NCBI GenBank assembly: GCA_964016885.1 | Contig: OZ024743.1 | Span: forward strand, 155,124,001 to 155,188,000 | Length of the DNA stretch: 64,000 bases | Direction: 5' to 3' | From: Eledone cirrhosa | Lineage: Eukaryota | The notes under the pieces: generated by a model | Told to the model about the DNA's origin: nothing | Databases searched by the model: none | The model's input: only the letters and a program-made list of their open reading frames with translations | Shown: positions 13,043 to 26,985 of the stretch, in pieces | Position numbering within the stretch: the stretch's first letter is position 1 | How the letters are laid out: each line of letters opens with the position of its first letter | Program-made: the position numbers and the translations under genes

Positions 13043-13848
13043 GCTTAAAATGGAGTGAGAATAAGGAGAAAGCAAGAACGAGGATGGGGTTAGTTTTCCT
13101 CATCAGTGGTCTACTGGGGGTCTCGGATATTTACACGCTTTAAAGACAAGATATCTACCGCCCAGAGCATACAATAACTGGGTAAGTTATTGGGAAAACG
13201 GACGAGAGATGGAAGGAAAATTGAAGGGAAAAGGGGAAAAAAGAGAAAACAGCGATAAAAAACAACAAACCGAGCAATGTGCGGGCAACTTAATGTAAGA
13301 AAATCCAAGCCCACAGCGATAACAAAACTGAAGTTCAAGAGAGTGTGGGCGAGCAGAAAGACACGTCTGACCCAGCGAGTGTAAGTGAGAAAAGGACTGC
13401 TAGATCGTCAGGATAGGGAAACAATGAGGTGGGTGACAAGGAAAAGATGAGTGAAAGTGAGAGGGAGAAAGGGGGAGGAAGAAAGGGGAGTAAGAATAGA
13501 TAATAACGAAATAGTTAGGTTGAAGGAGAGAGAAGAGTAGGTCATAGCGAAACATGATAAAATATATGGAGAATAGGGTTGGCTGTTTTGTTGCTAGTGA
13601 AGGTAGCTTAAAATGTAGTGAGAATAAGAAGAAAGCAAGAACGTGGGTGAGTGTCCTCATCAGTCATCTACTGGGGGTTTCGAATATTTCCCTGCTTTAA
13701 AGACAAGATATCTACCGCCAAGAGAGTTCAATAACTGGGTAAGTTATTGGGAAAACGGAGAAGGGAGGGAACGAAAATAGAAAGGAAAAGGGAAGATAAG
13801 GAAAACAGCCAAACAAAAAAACAACAACATCAGACCGAGCAATGTGCT
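13043..13848. repeat. Diverged direct repeat (about 13043-13283 and 13606-13848, period about 563 bp)
   Basis: gcttaaaatg.agtgagaataag.agaaagcaagaacg, cctcatcagt..tctactggggg, gctttaaagacaagatatctaccgcc and ataactgggtaagttattgggaaaacgga each occur twice in the same order. Confidence 0.85.
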
Positions 13849-14371
13849 AGCACCCCCATCCCCCGGAAAAGAACCTCAGTTGATGGATGTGAATCCGAAA
13901 TATATAGCGACAATTAAATCTCTCCCTATCTCGTGTAGTTATTTTTATTTTTATCCTTTACGTTCTTTCCTTCCTTCATCTACACGCTACAGTCTTATAC
14001 ACGCCAGGATTCTCAACGTACATCCACTTACCCGGAGATTTACCCATCTGCATTGTCGAGGCTTCCAAACGACTTCAAGAAATTTATCTTATTATTCCAC
14101 AATGCTTCAAGCAAACTTCAATACTCACATATACATATATGTATATATAAATAAATATATAGTATTAGTATTAGTTATACTATTTATGGTTATGTAAACA
14201 CAAAACTTTAAGCAGTTGTAAGTATTTTACACACACCCTAAATAGTGGTAGGCAGTAATGTATTACTACCTTATTACCAGTAAGTTAAGTAGCTCAATGT
14301 AAAAACATCAGATGATTTACAGAGCAGTTATATGAAATATAAGAATCAAAGAACTGTTCAAAACATTATTG

Positions 14372-14418
14372 TGCTTACAGCTGTTTCCTCCAAACCGAGG
14401 TTTGGATTCTTCGGAGCA
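14372..14418 (-). ncRNA. Hammerhead ribozyme (U4C core variant), probable 3' pLTR ribozyme of the 838-aa PLE
   Basis: Reverse complement: TGCT CCGAAGA A TCCAAAC-CTCG-GTTTGGA G GAAA CAGCTG TA AGCA. Confidence 0.7.
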
Positions 14419-15861
14419 ATTTATTAATGCATGGACAGTTATATGACCTCCTTTTCAGCCGAGAGACATACCAATACATATTCAAACATTGATACATATT
14501 CAAACATTGTGGGTCAACATTCATTACAAAATTTAGAGTGGCAGTACACACTTCGAGATTATATTTATATTAATAGGTACAATCAAAAATCAAAGATATA
14601 GGTTAAAGTACAACATGAAGATAAGTGGTTATATAGTGCAAATGTTATATGTGTGGCACGCATGTGCGTCTTGTTTATATAGTGTGGCAGAGAGATATGT
14701 GTGGTAGAGGCACTTAGGTAGGTAAATAAGAGTGTTAGGTTGGTAGATCTGGTGGCAAAGTCTTTATATGATTGATGTAGTCTGTGTGTGGAGAAATATT
14801 ATAAACATTAAAGATAGTGCAAGCATTAAAAGTGTTATAAGTATTGGAGATGCACAACGCAGGGATGTCACGTAATTCATGTACTTCGGCATTTTCATGG
14901 TCAAGGGAGTGTATATTTCGATTATATGCCTTTCACATAATCCACGACAATCCAGTTAGAGATCGTAGTCTGGTGTTCCTTAGTTCGATACAGGAGGTTG
15001 TTACGTTTCGAGAGACGCCATTGAATACCGGAAGTGTGTGTGTGGCTAAGGGGAGTTAATGCATGCGGGGAGGTAACTCTGGGGTTTCTATATCTAGCCA
15101 TTAAAATGTGTCCCAATATGGACCCTAAATTCTATGGTGAGGTGCACCTTCCAAGAGAGACTTTTAAAGCATAAAGTGTACTAACTATAGAGTAGTTTAA
15201 CTAAATTATGCTGAAGGAGATCATATTATTATTAAGGTGGATTAACCCATCTTAAGGTGCTACAAATGGAAATTATAGATGATGAGCGAGGATTCTAAAT
15301 TAATGATCTCTGTGGTTGTAGTCTGCTCATATGACCAGGCGCGGTGATTGCAGGATTGCTTCAGGACCCAATGATCTCTGGTAAGATCTGGGTCATCGCT
15401 TGCTATATTGGATGTCGAAAGATAATCGTCCCCAGGCAGGCCAAAGGTCAATCCGCAGTCCTCGCGACCCCTCTCTGACCGTCAGATCATCCATATACGT
15501 ACAACCCGCACGGCAGTTGCATTGCATTCACTCACTGCGCTCAGCAGCCCGGTCCTACTGGTCAACAGCGCTACTCGATTAAATCATTTTACATCTGTCT
15601 AAGGAAGGTGTTTCCTCTGCACAACACCATCCAACCGATCGATTCATGCTCAAATTACCCCTAGAGCGGTGTAGTGCCGTCCAGGTGGGTGGATGTTGTC
15701 ACACCTGCCGTAGAGGTATAAATGGGTATTTTCCCTGCGAAGGGTTCCAGAGGGATGTCGTTGTTTGTGTTATAATGGATCAGCTAGTGTTGGGTATGTA
15801 GTATAGGGTGTGTCTCTGGTGTTTGATGCTAGATGTGGTGTTAGGTTCCAGTCCGACATTG

Positions 15862-18378
15862 CTATATATAGGGCTTAAAGTTTTGGAAGGAATGCCTGAG
15901 GCGGTGCTGGCAAGTTGCAAACACCTCAGATTTTTTGTTAAGTAGGTTACGGTTGGAGAAGATAATATTGTGTGTCTCTAGTATACAGAGGTTACAGAAT
16001 TTATTAGGTGGTTTGTACGAGGTCGCGCTGCCTATCACTTCCCATTTGAGTGTGTATGGTTTATTTTTAGATTTTAGATAGTGTATGTAGCTAGAAAGTG
16101 AGGTGGAGTTGGCTAGGCTGTGCTTTTTGAACGAGTGGATGTGCGAGTTATATCTAATTTTGAAGCAGTTAGAAGTGGAGCCTACATAGGTTTCTGAAGA
16201 GTTATTAGTCGTGACTGTGCATGAGTATATGACATCCTTGGTTAGGCATTTTTTATCTAAAGGGCAGGTTCTATTAGCTCTACAGTTACAATTATTCTGT
16301 GCGTTAGTCCGCTGGTTATAATGCAATGCGGAAGTCTGTGTGGTGGATATAGGATTTTGGGTGTTCAGGTTGACAACCCTGGTGTTATTACTTATACTAG
16401 TGTTATTTCTATTGTTACTGCCGTTGCTATTGTTGCTTGCTACAGTGGTATTTAGAGGGTTTGCATCCCGTTGTGATTTTGTTTGTTGGAAGTAAGAACT
16501 AATTTTACTATTATTGCTGCTAGCTATGTGGTATGCTAAGTTAGGCGTCGTAGAGTATGAGATTTTAATGGTGTTTTTGTTTAAGAGGTTGTGGTACTTG
16601 TGTCCTAGAGGGAAGTTTTTATCTAGTAGTGAGAAGAAAGCCCTAGGTATGTTGGTGGAGACATTTAGGTTGAAAGGAGGGTTGAAAAATGTATTATTTC
16701 TTCTTCTATTTTTGCTTTTAGTGTTTGGTGTGTTGCTTCCTCCTAAGGCCTCACAGTAGTTTCCATGGTAATGGTTACTACCGGTGGCACCGTCCGCTTT
16801 GGTGTACTTGTGGTTGCTATTCCTATTATTAGATTTCCTCATGGACATGTTGTGCGAGATGATGTTGTAGCTATGTGTTTTCTTAGGTAGGAACTCTATT
16901 TCTATATTATGGCCGGAGCTAGCTAATGCTTGATTGTAATATTGTGAGTTTTTGCTAAATATGTTTGCGTCATAGGACAGACTAGAGATTCTATTGGACA
17001 CCCCCTTAGAGATAGAGTTTAATATTGATCTAGGGTGATTAGTCTTGGTATCTACGTAAATAAGTTTCTCATTAGGCTTATGGAAAGGTGTATATATTTT
17101 TGAGTCTAGGTATTGTGTGGCGTCTAGGAAGTTAACATTTTTAGTGTTTTTGTCCATGGTGATACTAAGGTTAAAGTTTTTGAATGTCTTATGCAGTTGT
17201 TTTCTAGTTCTTTCTATATTAAATTTTTTATATTCTATGAGTAGAAGTGCATCATCGCGGTACAAACCACCGTTGAGGTAAGGGAGGTCTTTATGGATTT
17301 CATTGAGGAGGTATAGGCCGACCAAATCAGTGACCTGCGCCGAGTCACTAGATCCCATGGTTATGTCGAAGTTGTTGTGCGTATCCTTGCGTGTCCATAG
17401 TTGGTCCTCGAAGGTGATTATGGTTTTACGGGCCGCAAGGATGACATCAACCTGGGCTCTAGTCAGGTCGCTATTGGTCATGGCCATGATAAGTGCCTTA
17501 TTTAATAGGATAGGGGAAATAGAGGTGTAGTATGAATTGATATCAAATTGAATAAATTTTTTGTTCTTATTATTCTTGATATCCTTAAACCATTCAATTA
17601 CTTCACCCGTATTTCCCCATTGTTTAAGGTGTATCTTGTGTTTAATTTGTGGGATGATTTTATCCAAAATCTTCTTGCTGATAATACCAATGTCGGACTT
17701 GGAAGGGCAGATAAGTCTTATCGTGGGGTTGCTGATGAAGTTCTCCTTATGGTCCTTCAGAGAGAATCTAGGGGGGTTCGGAGTGAAAGGTTGTGTATGC
17801 CTCTGTAGTCCTAGTTTAGACACTATATTATAACCCTCTACATTAATATCTTCTAAGTTTTTCAAGGTGGTTTTTTTGTAGCTTTTATGTAGTTCATTAT
17901 ATATAAACTTTCTATAAGTAATATAATCTAGGCTGTATATGTTATTAGTTTTATCTGCGTGTACAATAATTTTATTACTAGTTTTGAATCCACTAATAGA
18001 AGTGTTAAGTTTGTTTAAGAAGGTGTTGCTTCTAATATGGTGCTTATTGTATTTAATGTTCTTAACTAGTTTAACTAGGTCATTTTCAAAGGAGTTAAGT
18101 AGAGTGTTATGAGGGGGGCTTTTAAAGGTTTTAAAGCCGAAGGAGTCAAAATTGTTAGTATTATTCAAGTTGTTAGATTTGTTTCTATCATAATGGAATG
18201 TCCTCCATCTCACTCTATTGATAAATGAATTTACACTGTTGATCAGCAATTTCTCATATGTATTCCTGGATGGTATTGGTATGTTCTTGGTCGACATGGG
18301 GAGTTGGTCTTTGATTAGCACAATAATGTTTTGAACAGTTCTTTGATTCTTATATTTCATATATTTCATATATTTCAT
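15862..18378 (-). CDS. Penelope-like retroelement protein (Hydra-clade-like): reverse transcriptase + C-terminal GIY-YIG endonuclease, uninterrupted ORF; likely start at ATG 18297 (MSTKNIP)
   Basis: RT motifs LKDHK, RLICPSKSDIG, QFDINSYYTSI, FDITMGSSDSAQVTDLVG, LYRDD, VNFLD. Endonuclease motifs CNCRANRTCPL, VIYSC...YVGST...FKIRYNSH, CNLCILE, LLNKKSE, CQH. Confidence 0.95.
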   Translation of the reverse strand: MKYMKYMKYKNQRTVQNIIVLIKDQLPMSTKNIPIPSRNTYEKLLINSVNSFINRVRWRTFHYDRNKSNNLNNTNNFDSFGFKTFKSPPHNTLLNSFENDLVKLVKNIKYNKHHIRSNTFLNKLNTSISGFKTSNKIIVHADKTNNIYSLDYITYRKFIYNELHKSYKKTTLKNLEDINVEGYNIVSKLGLQRHTQPFTPNPPRFSLKDHKENFISNPTIRLICPSKSDIGIISKKILDKIIPQIKHKIHLKQWGNTGEVIEWFKDIKNNKNKKFIQFDINSYYTSISPILLNKALIMAMTNSDLTRAQVDVILAARKTIITFEDQLWTRKDTHNNFDITMGSSDSAQVTDLVGLYLLNEIHKDLPYLNGGLYRDDALLLIEYKKFNIERTRKQLHKTFKNFNLSITMDKNTKNVNFLDATQYLDSKIYTPFHKPNEKLIYVDTKTNHPRSILNSISKGVSNRISSLSYDANIFSKNSQYYNQALASSGHNIEIEFLPKKTHSYNIISHNMSMRKSNNRNSNHKYTKADGATGSNHYHGNYCEALGGSNTPNTKSKNRRRNNTFFNPPFNLNVSTNIPRAFFSLLDKNFPLGHKYHNLLNKNTIKISYSTTPNLAYHIASSNNSKISSYFQQTKSQRDANPLNTTVASNNSNGSNNRNNTSISNNTRVVNLNTQNPISTTQTSALHYNQRTNAQNNCNCRANRTCPLDKKCLTKDVIYSCTVTTNNSSETYVGSTSNCFKIRYNSHIHSFKKHSLANSTSLSSYIHYLKSKNKPYTLKWEVIGSATSYKPPNKFCNLCILETHNIIFSNRNLLNKKSEVFATCQHRLRHSFQNFKPYI

Positions 18379-18397
18379 AAATAAATATATATATATT

Positions 18398-18439
<42 letters not shown>

Positions 18440-18608
18440 ATTAGTACATCTACCAACATATGCGTACAGATGTACACTAATGGTAGCAAATATATAAGTT
18501 ATGTCATAGCACCTAGGTGGTTCTATGCAGCGGGATGCAGAACAATTATATCAAAGACGTAAAATAAGAAAATTTTAAAAATTAAAAATTAACTTACTTA
18601 CTAAAATG

Positions 18609-18643
<35 letters not shown>

Positions 18644-19096
18644 ATATATGTGAGTGTGCGTGTATGTGTGTGTATGTGTGTGTGTGTGTGTGAATTATAG
18701 AGATGGAATACACAAATAGAAGAAATTTCAGGTTTTGTCTCATGATTCGATAACAACATGTATTTAAATGTTATACGATAAATAATCTAATTTCATTCAT
18801 TTGAAACCAGACACTTTAAAAGACAGTATATCAGAAACAACTCTGGTTGGTCCAGTCTCTCTATAACAATCAATATATTATAAAGAAATCCTACAGAAAT
18901 AAATTTAAAAAGTAATCCGCTGTATATCTAAAATTAAATACGTATGTTTCTTCCTTTTTGCCAAGAGATAGGAAAGTTGGAAATAAAACTGGCGTAGGGG
19001 ATGGAGTAATCAGACATGTACATATACATTCATTCAATGAGGCACCCACTGTCTCGTAGATATTAATAAGCCTCTGTGTATAAATATATATGTATA

Positions 19097-19225
19097 TAAT
19101 ATAGAAATGGCTTCTACAGGTCGAGAACTGTTTCATTTGGGAGAAATCATGAGGAAAACAGAGCTTTCCTGTTGATTCCTCAGGAATAAAATAGTTTTAG
19201 TCCTGGAGAAGCCATTTCTATATTA
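19097..19225. mobile_element. About 130-bp imperfect palindrome, MITE-like or RNA hairpin
   Basis: taatatagaaatggcttctacagg / cctggagaagccatttctatatta, with pairing continuing inward to aggaaa/tttcct. Confidence 0.65.
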
Positions 19226-19619
19226 AATATTTATGTATTGATTACCTTATTTACTGTCCTTACCAGCGATTGCGTTCGTGTGTATAAATATATATAGACA
19301 TACACACACACTGAGACATGTACGCTCATACACTCATATATATAGAGAGAGAGATAGCGACGGGGCAAGGAGGAGTGAAAGTGATCAGGCCAGGTAAAAC
19401 ACAATAGAATGATAAAGAATTGTAGAGAGAGTGACACGATATTATCATGATTATTGACTGCATCTCGTGCTAATCGTTTTAAAGCAAGAGTTCCGATCTA
19501 GCCGTTGAAACGGCCGGATCTCAGCCGTCGTGCTCTTGAATAGTTTCATATATATACATACACACACACACACACACACACGCGCACACACACACACACA
19601 TACACACACACACACATAA

Positions 19620-19689
<70 letters not shown>

Positions 19690-19900
19690 CAGCTGGCCAT
19701 CAACCATCGCTAAATCTGACCTTAAAAAAAAACACTCCCCACAAATAATTCCTCATTCACTACCAGAAAGGGACACACAGTAGTCAACTTGCTGCTACCA
19801 AGATGAAAACTACTATGAAATCCCACACTGAATTTTATACTTGAATTTACTAATCTCAAATTTTAACTCTTCTTATTATTAATTTTTCTTAATATTAATC

Positions 19901-19948
19901 AACATTTGAAAAGATGGCTTTTGGAGACCCATCGAAACCGGTCATTTT
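19901..19948 (+). ncRNA. Minimal hammerhead variant with U3-A8 core and weak helix I
   Basis: aacat TTGAAAA GATGG...CCATC GAAA CCGG TC atttt. Confidence 0.6.
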
Positions 19949-20108
19949 TTATACCCGTTATTCTTTCCTTACCTTATAAAATTATGTTTTCTCACAAAAA
20001 AGTATTCTGTCTCTTATATATTCCATGTACCATTACCAACCCCAATTTTCTCTATAACCTTCGTTTTTTTTGAAACTTACACTTTTCATATATACATATA
20101 TATATATA

Positions 20109-20152
<44 letters not shown>

Positions 20153-20158
<6 letters not shown>

Positions 20159-20320
20159 CATGAGCGTTTTTTTACAAAATGAAAAATAAAACGGGACGTC
20201 CTACACGAGTGAAAGTATAAAGGAAAAAGATCAAATCGAAAATTAACTGGAGTCTTTTTAAGAATATTTATTTGGTTCCTTTACCGGATTCGCAGTGCTT
20301 GTGCTTTTTAATAGTACAAT
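20153..20320 (-). repeat. Interspersed repeat terminus (second copy 30474-30565) with a decayed HHR-like motif at about 20275-20315
   Basis: tattagaa..tgag.gttttttt...gtcctacacgagtgaaagtataa is shared by both loci. Reverse complement reads TTAAAAA GCA...TGC GAAT CCGG TA aagg. Confidence 0.55.
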
Positions 20321-20612
20321 TGAGATGGAGGGTTTATGGTTTTTCTAGCATCTGGTTGGTGGTCGGATGTTACTTCTGTTTTACATGGAAAAAATTGGTT
20401 CGAAATGCTAGGTTTTTAGAAAAGTGATTTGGTTGGTTGAAGACTGTAACGCGAATAAGTATAATAAATTTCGCACCAGTTTGGGTTAAAAAGTTCTTAT
20501 TATATTTGTCTTTAAAGAAAAGTATGGGGTCAGATTGTTTTTTCACATATGAATAAAATTCGGTTGGTTGATGCAGCCACGTGAATAAGCACATCAACCT
20601 TATATATTTATA

Positions 20613-20660
<48 letters not shown>

Positions 20661-20747
20661 TAGATATAGATATATATAGATATATAGATATATAGATAGA
20701 TAGATATATGACTGCAACCATGGCTTCGTTGATGCTGTACTAAATGT

Positions 20748-20778
<31 letters not shown>

Positions 20779-20781
<3 letters not shown>

Positions 20782-21356
20782 ATTAACAGATGGAAACTAT
20801 ATTTATAAAACCATATCTATTTTATTATACATATTTCAAGGATACCATGTTAAATTATGGTATGCTTTCATCAGACAAAATACAATATATACCAGTTTTA
20901 TAAATAAATATTGACATACCCTTTCAAAATGCAACCGTTACTTTTGGAAGACATCAGGGATAGTGGAATTGTTTATCTTAGTAAGTCGTTGTGTTAAGGA
21001 GAAGGAAAAAGACGGAGAGAGAGAAAAACCGAGAGAGAGAAAAGTGGAGAAAGAAACGACTTACTAAGATAAACAAATGCACTAACCCTGGTGTCTTCCA
21101 AAAGTAACGGTTGCATTTTGAAAGGGTATGTCAATATTTATTTATAAAACTGGTATATATTGTATTTTGTCTGATGAAAGCATACCATAATTTAACATGG
21201 TATCCTTGAATAAGTATAATAAAATAGATATGGTTTTATAAATATAATTTCCATTTGTTAATATCGTATATTTACTCCAAATACTTGTCGAGTGCTTTAT
21301 ATCAGTTATAAAAATATTTGCTCGTTGTATCACAACAATTTAAATATAAATTTTGC
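20779..21356. mobile_element. HHR family A tail-out inverted pair (20779-20990 minus / 21055-21356 plus)
   Basis: About 210-bp inverted repeat with a GA-rich spacer; both outer ends lie in (TA)n. Confidence 0.9.
20820..20880 (-). ncRNA. Type I hammerhead ribozyme, family A, canonical core
   Basis: Reverse complement: TTTTGT CTGATGA AAGcATACCAT-loop-ATGGTATcCTT GAAA TATGTA TA ATAAAA. The plus-strand copy (21165-21224) has a damaged GAAA. Confidence 0.8.
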
Positions 21357-21386
21357 ATATATACATATATATATGATATATGTGTG

Positions 21387-21480
<94 letters not shown>

Positions 21481-24252
21481 TGTGTGTGTAATGCGATATG
21501 GGAAACATTCGAGAGTCAAATAGGACACCTTCTTGAATTTGTTACAACTTTATAGCAACTGGGTTTACCTGGCATCATAGTTATCCTTTCATATCTTGAT
21601 TTAGCTGACGATAAATATAAACCCCGTTAAGACCGGTGAACTAGTAGTATTGAATGTGCGTAAGAATTATGTCTGGCGACTCACATTCTGAAATGGTGCC
21701 AATAGCAAATGTTATTCATCCCACTGCAAAATGAACCCATCCAAAATGCGCATGGCTGACATGGACAGGAAGGCCTAAATCCGTAATAATTCAGCTAGAA
21801 ATTGATTTGAAACCTTTGGTAGATTATGCAAGGGATATCAGCAAATTACGTAATATCTGGAGATATTTACTTAACCGGGCTGGTACACTCATCAGCAGGT
21901 GGACCTAGTTATCAGATAGTTCTATAGACTGTGCTTTTCCCGCCACCGTCTTGTAGTTTTCGGCATTCTTACACGCTGCCTCTATTGAGAAAGAATTCTA
22001 TCATAGACTAAATTACGTGGTTTGGCGGTTGAATTTCTAAACTAGATTGTTTTCTAAACCAAATATTTTGAGTTGTACATTTCTTTTTCCGGGTACACAT
22101 TTAGTCTTCCCTGTAACATATATAATTTCTTATTTAAAATGTAACCGTAAATCTCTTTAATTGGACACTGTTATCATTACACATCTAGTTTATAAACAAG
22201 TGTTCATTCTGTAATTTAAATACTATGATTACATATTTGAAATCTAAAACCAATTTTCCAGTTGCCATTCTGAAATTGCTTGTTTTCAATCATGCTATTA
22301 AAGCTATGTTATAGAACTTAAATACTTTTATATAATTAATTTGAAAAACTGTTAAACATGACTTTCTATTGAACATATATAATTGTCGCATATCATTTTC
22401 TCGCATATTTTCTAGAGAGGTAAGTTAATTTCCATATTTCCATAGTAAATTCGAATAATGCATTTACTTAAAATCTGTAATTTAGACTGTAAATTATAGA
22501 CTCATCCAATTAATTGCAAACGATTTTAACAGAAATTATCTATTCAACATATTTTACCATAATATAAATATGTAATTCCAGTGTACGATAAATACATTAG
22601 ATACGTTCTTTAATTTGTATCAGATATTAGAAAATATTCACATGTTTATTGTATTGAATTACGTATCTATGTATGTGATTCAGTTATTAAAATTAATTAC
22701 ATATAATCGTGTGCATGAGATATTATAATCTATAGACGAAATACATTTATTTTTATTGACCTCCAGAATAAGAAAATATTTTGTTTACCAAGTATGAGAC
22801 AAATAATACCTTTATGGAATTCTAATAACTGCTTCAATTTCGATTAATTTTTATTTTCGCTGGAAAACATACATTTGAAGTTATCCTGAGAGATATTCAA
22901 ATGATAGAATTTAAAAAAGCAATTTGAAACTTTGATATTGTCTAGTACTATGAATACATATTCTAAGTGACTTCAAACACAAGTGTAATGTAAGCATTCA
23001 ATATATACCAGGGTTTAGAATGAAGTATATCAATTAAAAACATGTCTGAAGACGACTAATATGAGAGAACGTTTACAATTTTAGGATGGAATAATACATA
23101 ACAAATCAGGTCATCACTATAAATACATTAACAAAATATGTGTAGATTTATAACCTTGGACTCTGGGAAGGATTTTGCCCCATGAAAAGCCCAAGCATCC
23201 TCAGCTTGCAATACGTTTGGCGCTCAAACTTTTCCAAACAACAACAGCGCTTGATGGCACCTACACTCAAATATTTCGATGCATTCAGAATATAAGATGG
23301 CGCCATCTGACTTTGAAATAAATATATGCCGGCCTCCCATGCACATCTGTTATTGTATGTAAAAGTAGAGTAAGATTTTCTGGCAACTGCCATCGTGCCA
23401 CCTCTAGTGCTGTGAAAACCACAAGCAGTCACTAAAAACAGAGGGCGCAAGCTCTCCTGTACCGATGTAATCTCCAAGAATTCTGATATTGGAATGCAGG
23501 ACTTGGCAACGGCAATGAACGAGAGACCCACCTTGAGATCAATTGTTGAGTTGATTTTGACTGAGGCCGCCGGATGATGATAATCAGAGAGGCCCGTAAT
23601 ATCGTCTATGCAAAAATCCCCATACTTGATAAAGTGTATTAACCTTTTGTTACATTTTGAATGCGATCATATTTCAGTGGGTATGTCTATGAAGTATATT
23701 AACCTCATATACTTTGCAATGTCATTTTTAGGGTAATGTGATATTTAGATATTCCTTGACTCCAACAAAATTAATTATATCCTTATAAAAAGGTTGATGT
23801 TGAAACGAATAACCGCCGTAAAGAAATATTAAGTAATTTAAGGTTAGATATATGCAGAGCCTACTTAAATAACGCAATTTCAATATGTTATAATATGTTG
23901 TGAATTAGACATAATTTTAGCCTATAAGACGAATAGCTATACCTCACTTTGAATAGCATGATTTTTGCGACAATTTTAATGACCAAAGCAACAGAATAAA
24001 AGACAATATGTACATGGGTACAGGCAAGTAGATCACAAAATGAAGATGTGTATTTCATAAAATGTTAATGTGAAAAACTGTTTATCGTAGAGGAAAGGTA
24101 AATGTACAGGCAATATACACACTGAAAACCGCAAAATATTACGAGAAACTGTAGCTTTCGATATATTTCTATAATAGGTTATATCATCTAATTTCAGATA
24201 TAATTTGATATATGTGCAATTATTTCCCTCTTTCACTCTCACACAGTTTCCT

Positions 24253-26199
<1,947 letters not shown>

Positions 26200-26206
<7 letters not shown>

Positions 26207-26430
26207 ATGTGATAAACAACATAAGGCAATTATTCCATTTACCAGTGGTTTCTTAAAAGCAAAAGGTTTTGCTTTCAATCCTCAGAACGGGAAAAAGCTG
26301 GTTTGTTTATTGAATTTGGATTACAAACCAAAAAATACAATCTATATGAAAGTGAGGCTGGAGAAGGGAGAAGGAAAGGAAAAATAAAATAAAATAAAAC
26401 GACGCATGCAAACACACACACATAATAACC
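26200..26430 (-). mobile_element. HHR family B pLTR copy (ribozyme 26234-26290), inverted partner of 30080-30420
   Basis: Near-perfect reverse complement of about 30125-30350. Confidence 0.9.
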
Positions 26431-26451
26431 CAAAAGCATACTTACACACAC

Positions 26452-26521
<70 letters not shown>

Positions 26522-26717
26522 ATGTGTACGCATACACACATACACATACACACATATATATAAAAAACGTACACTTACCTACACAAGGACATATATACAC
26601 ACATATACACATATATACATTACTACATATACACACACGCACACACACACACACACACACACGCACACACATTCACACACACATACACACGCGCACACAC
26701 ACACACACGCACATATC

Positions 26718-26761
<44 letters not shown>

Positions 26762-26985
26762 TATACATACACACACACACATACACACACATACACACAC
26801 ATACACATGTGTGTGTACAAGCATACACATACACAAACATAGCCATACACACACACATATATATATACACACATACATACAGTCACACAAACATACAAAA
26901 CGTACATACATACACATACAGGATTGCACTCCTCTACATATTCGCCCTCGCAAATAAAAATAAGAAAATATATATATATATATAT

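Noticed and set aside
13090-13670. CTGATGAGG on the minus strand in both direct-repeat copies
   Set aside because: No downstream helix II-GAAA-UH closure found.
13872-13910. GGAT-GTGA-ATCC GAAA TATA TA hammerhead-like 3' half
   Set aside because: The core reads cagttga with two mismatches and helix I is absent; at best a dead relic.
14995-15030. GAAACGTA on the minus strand downstream of the PLE
   Set aside because: No upstream core motif.
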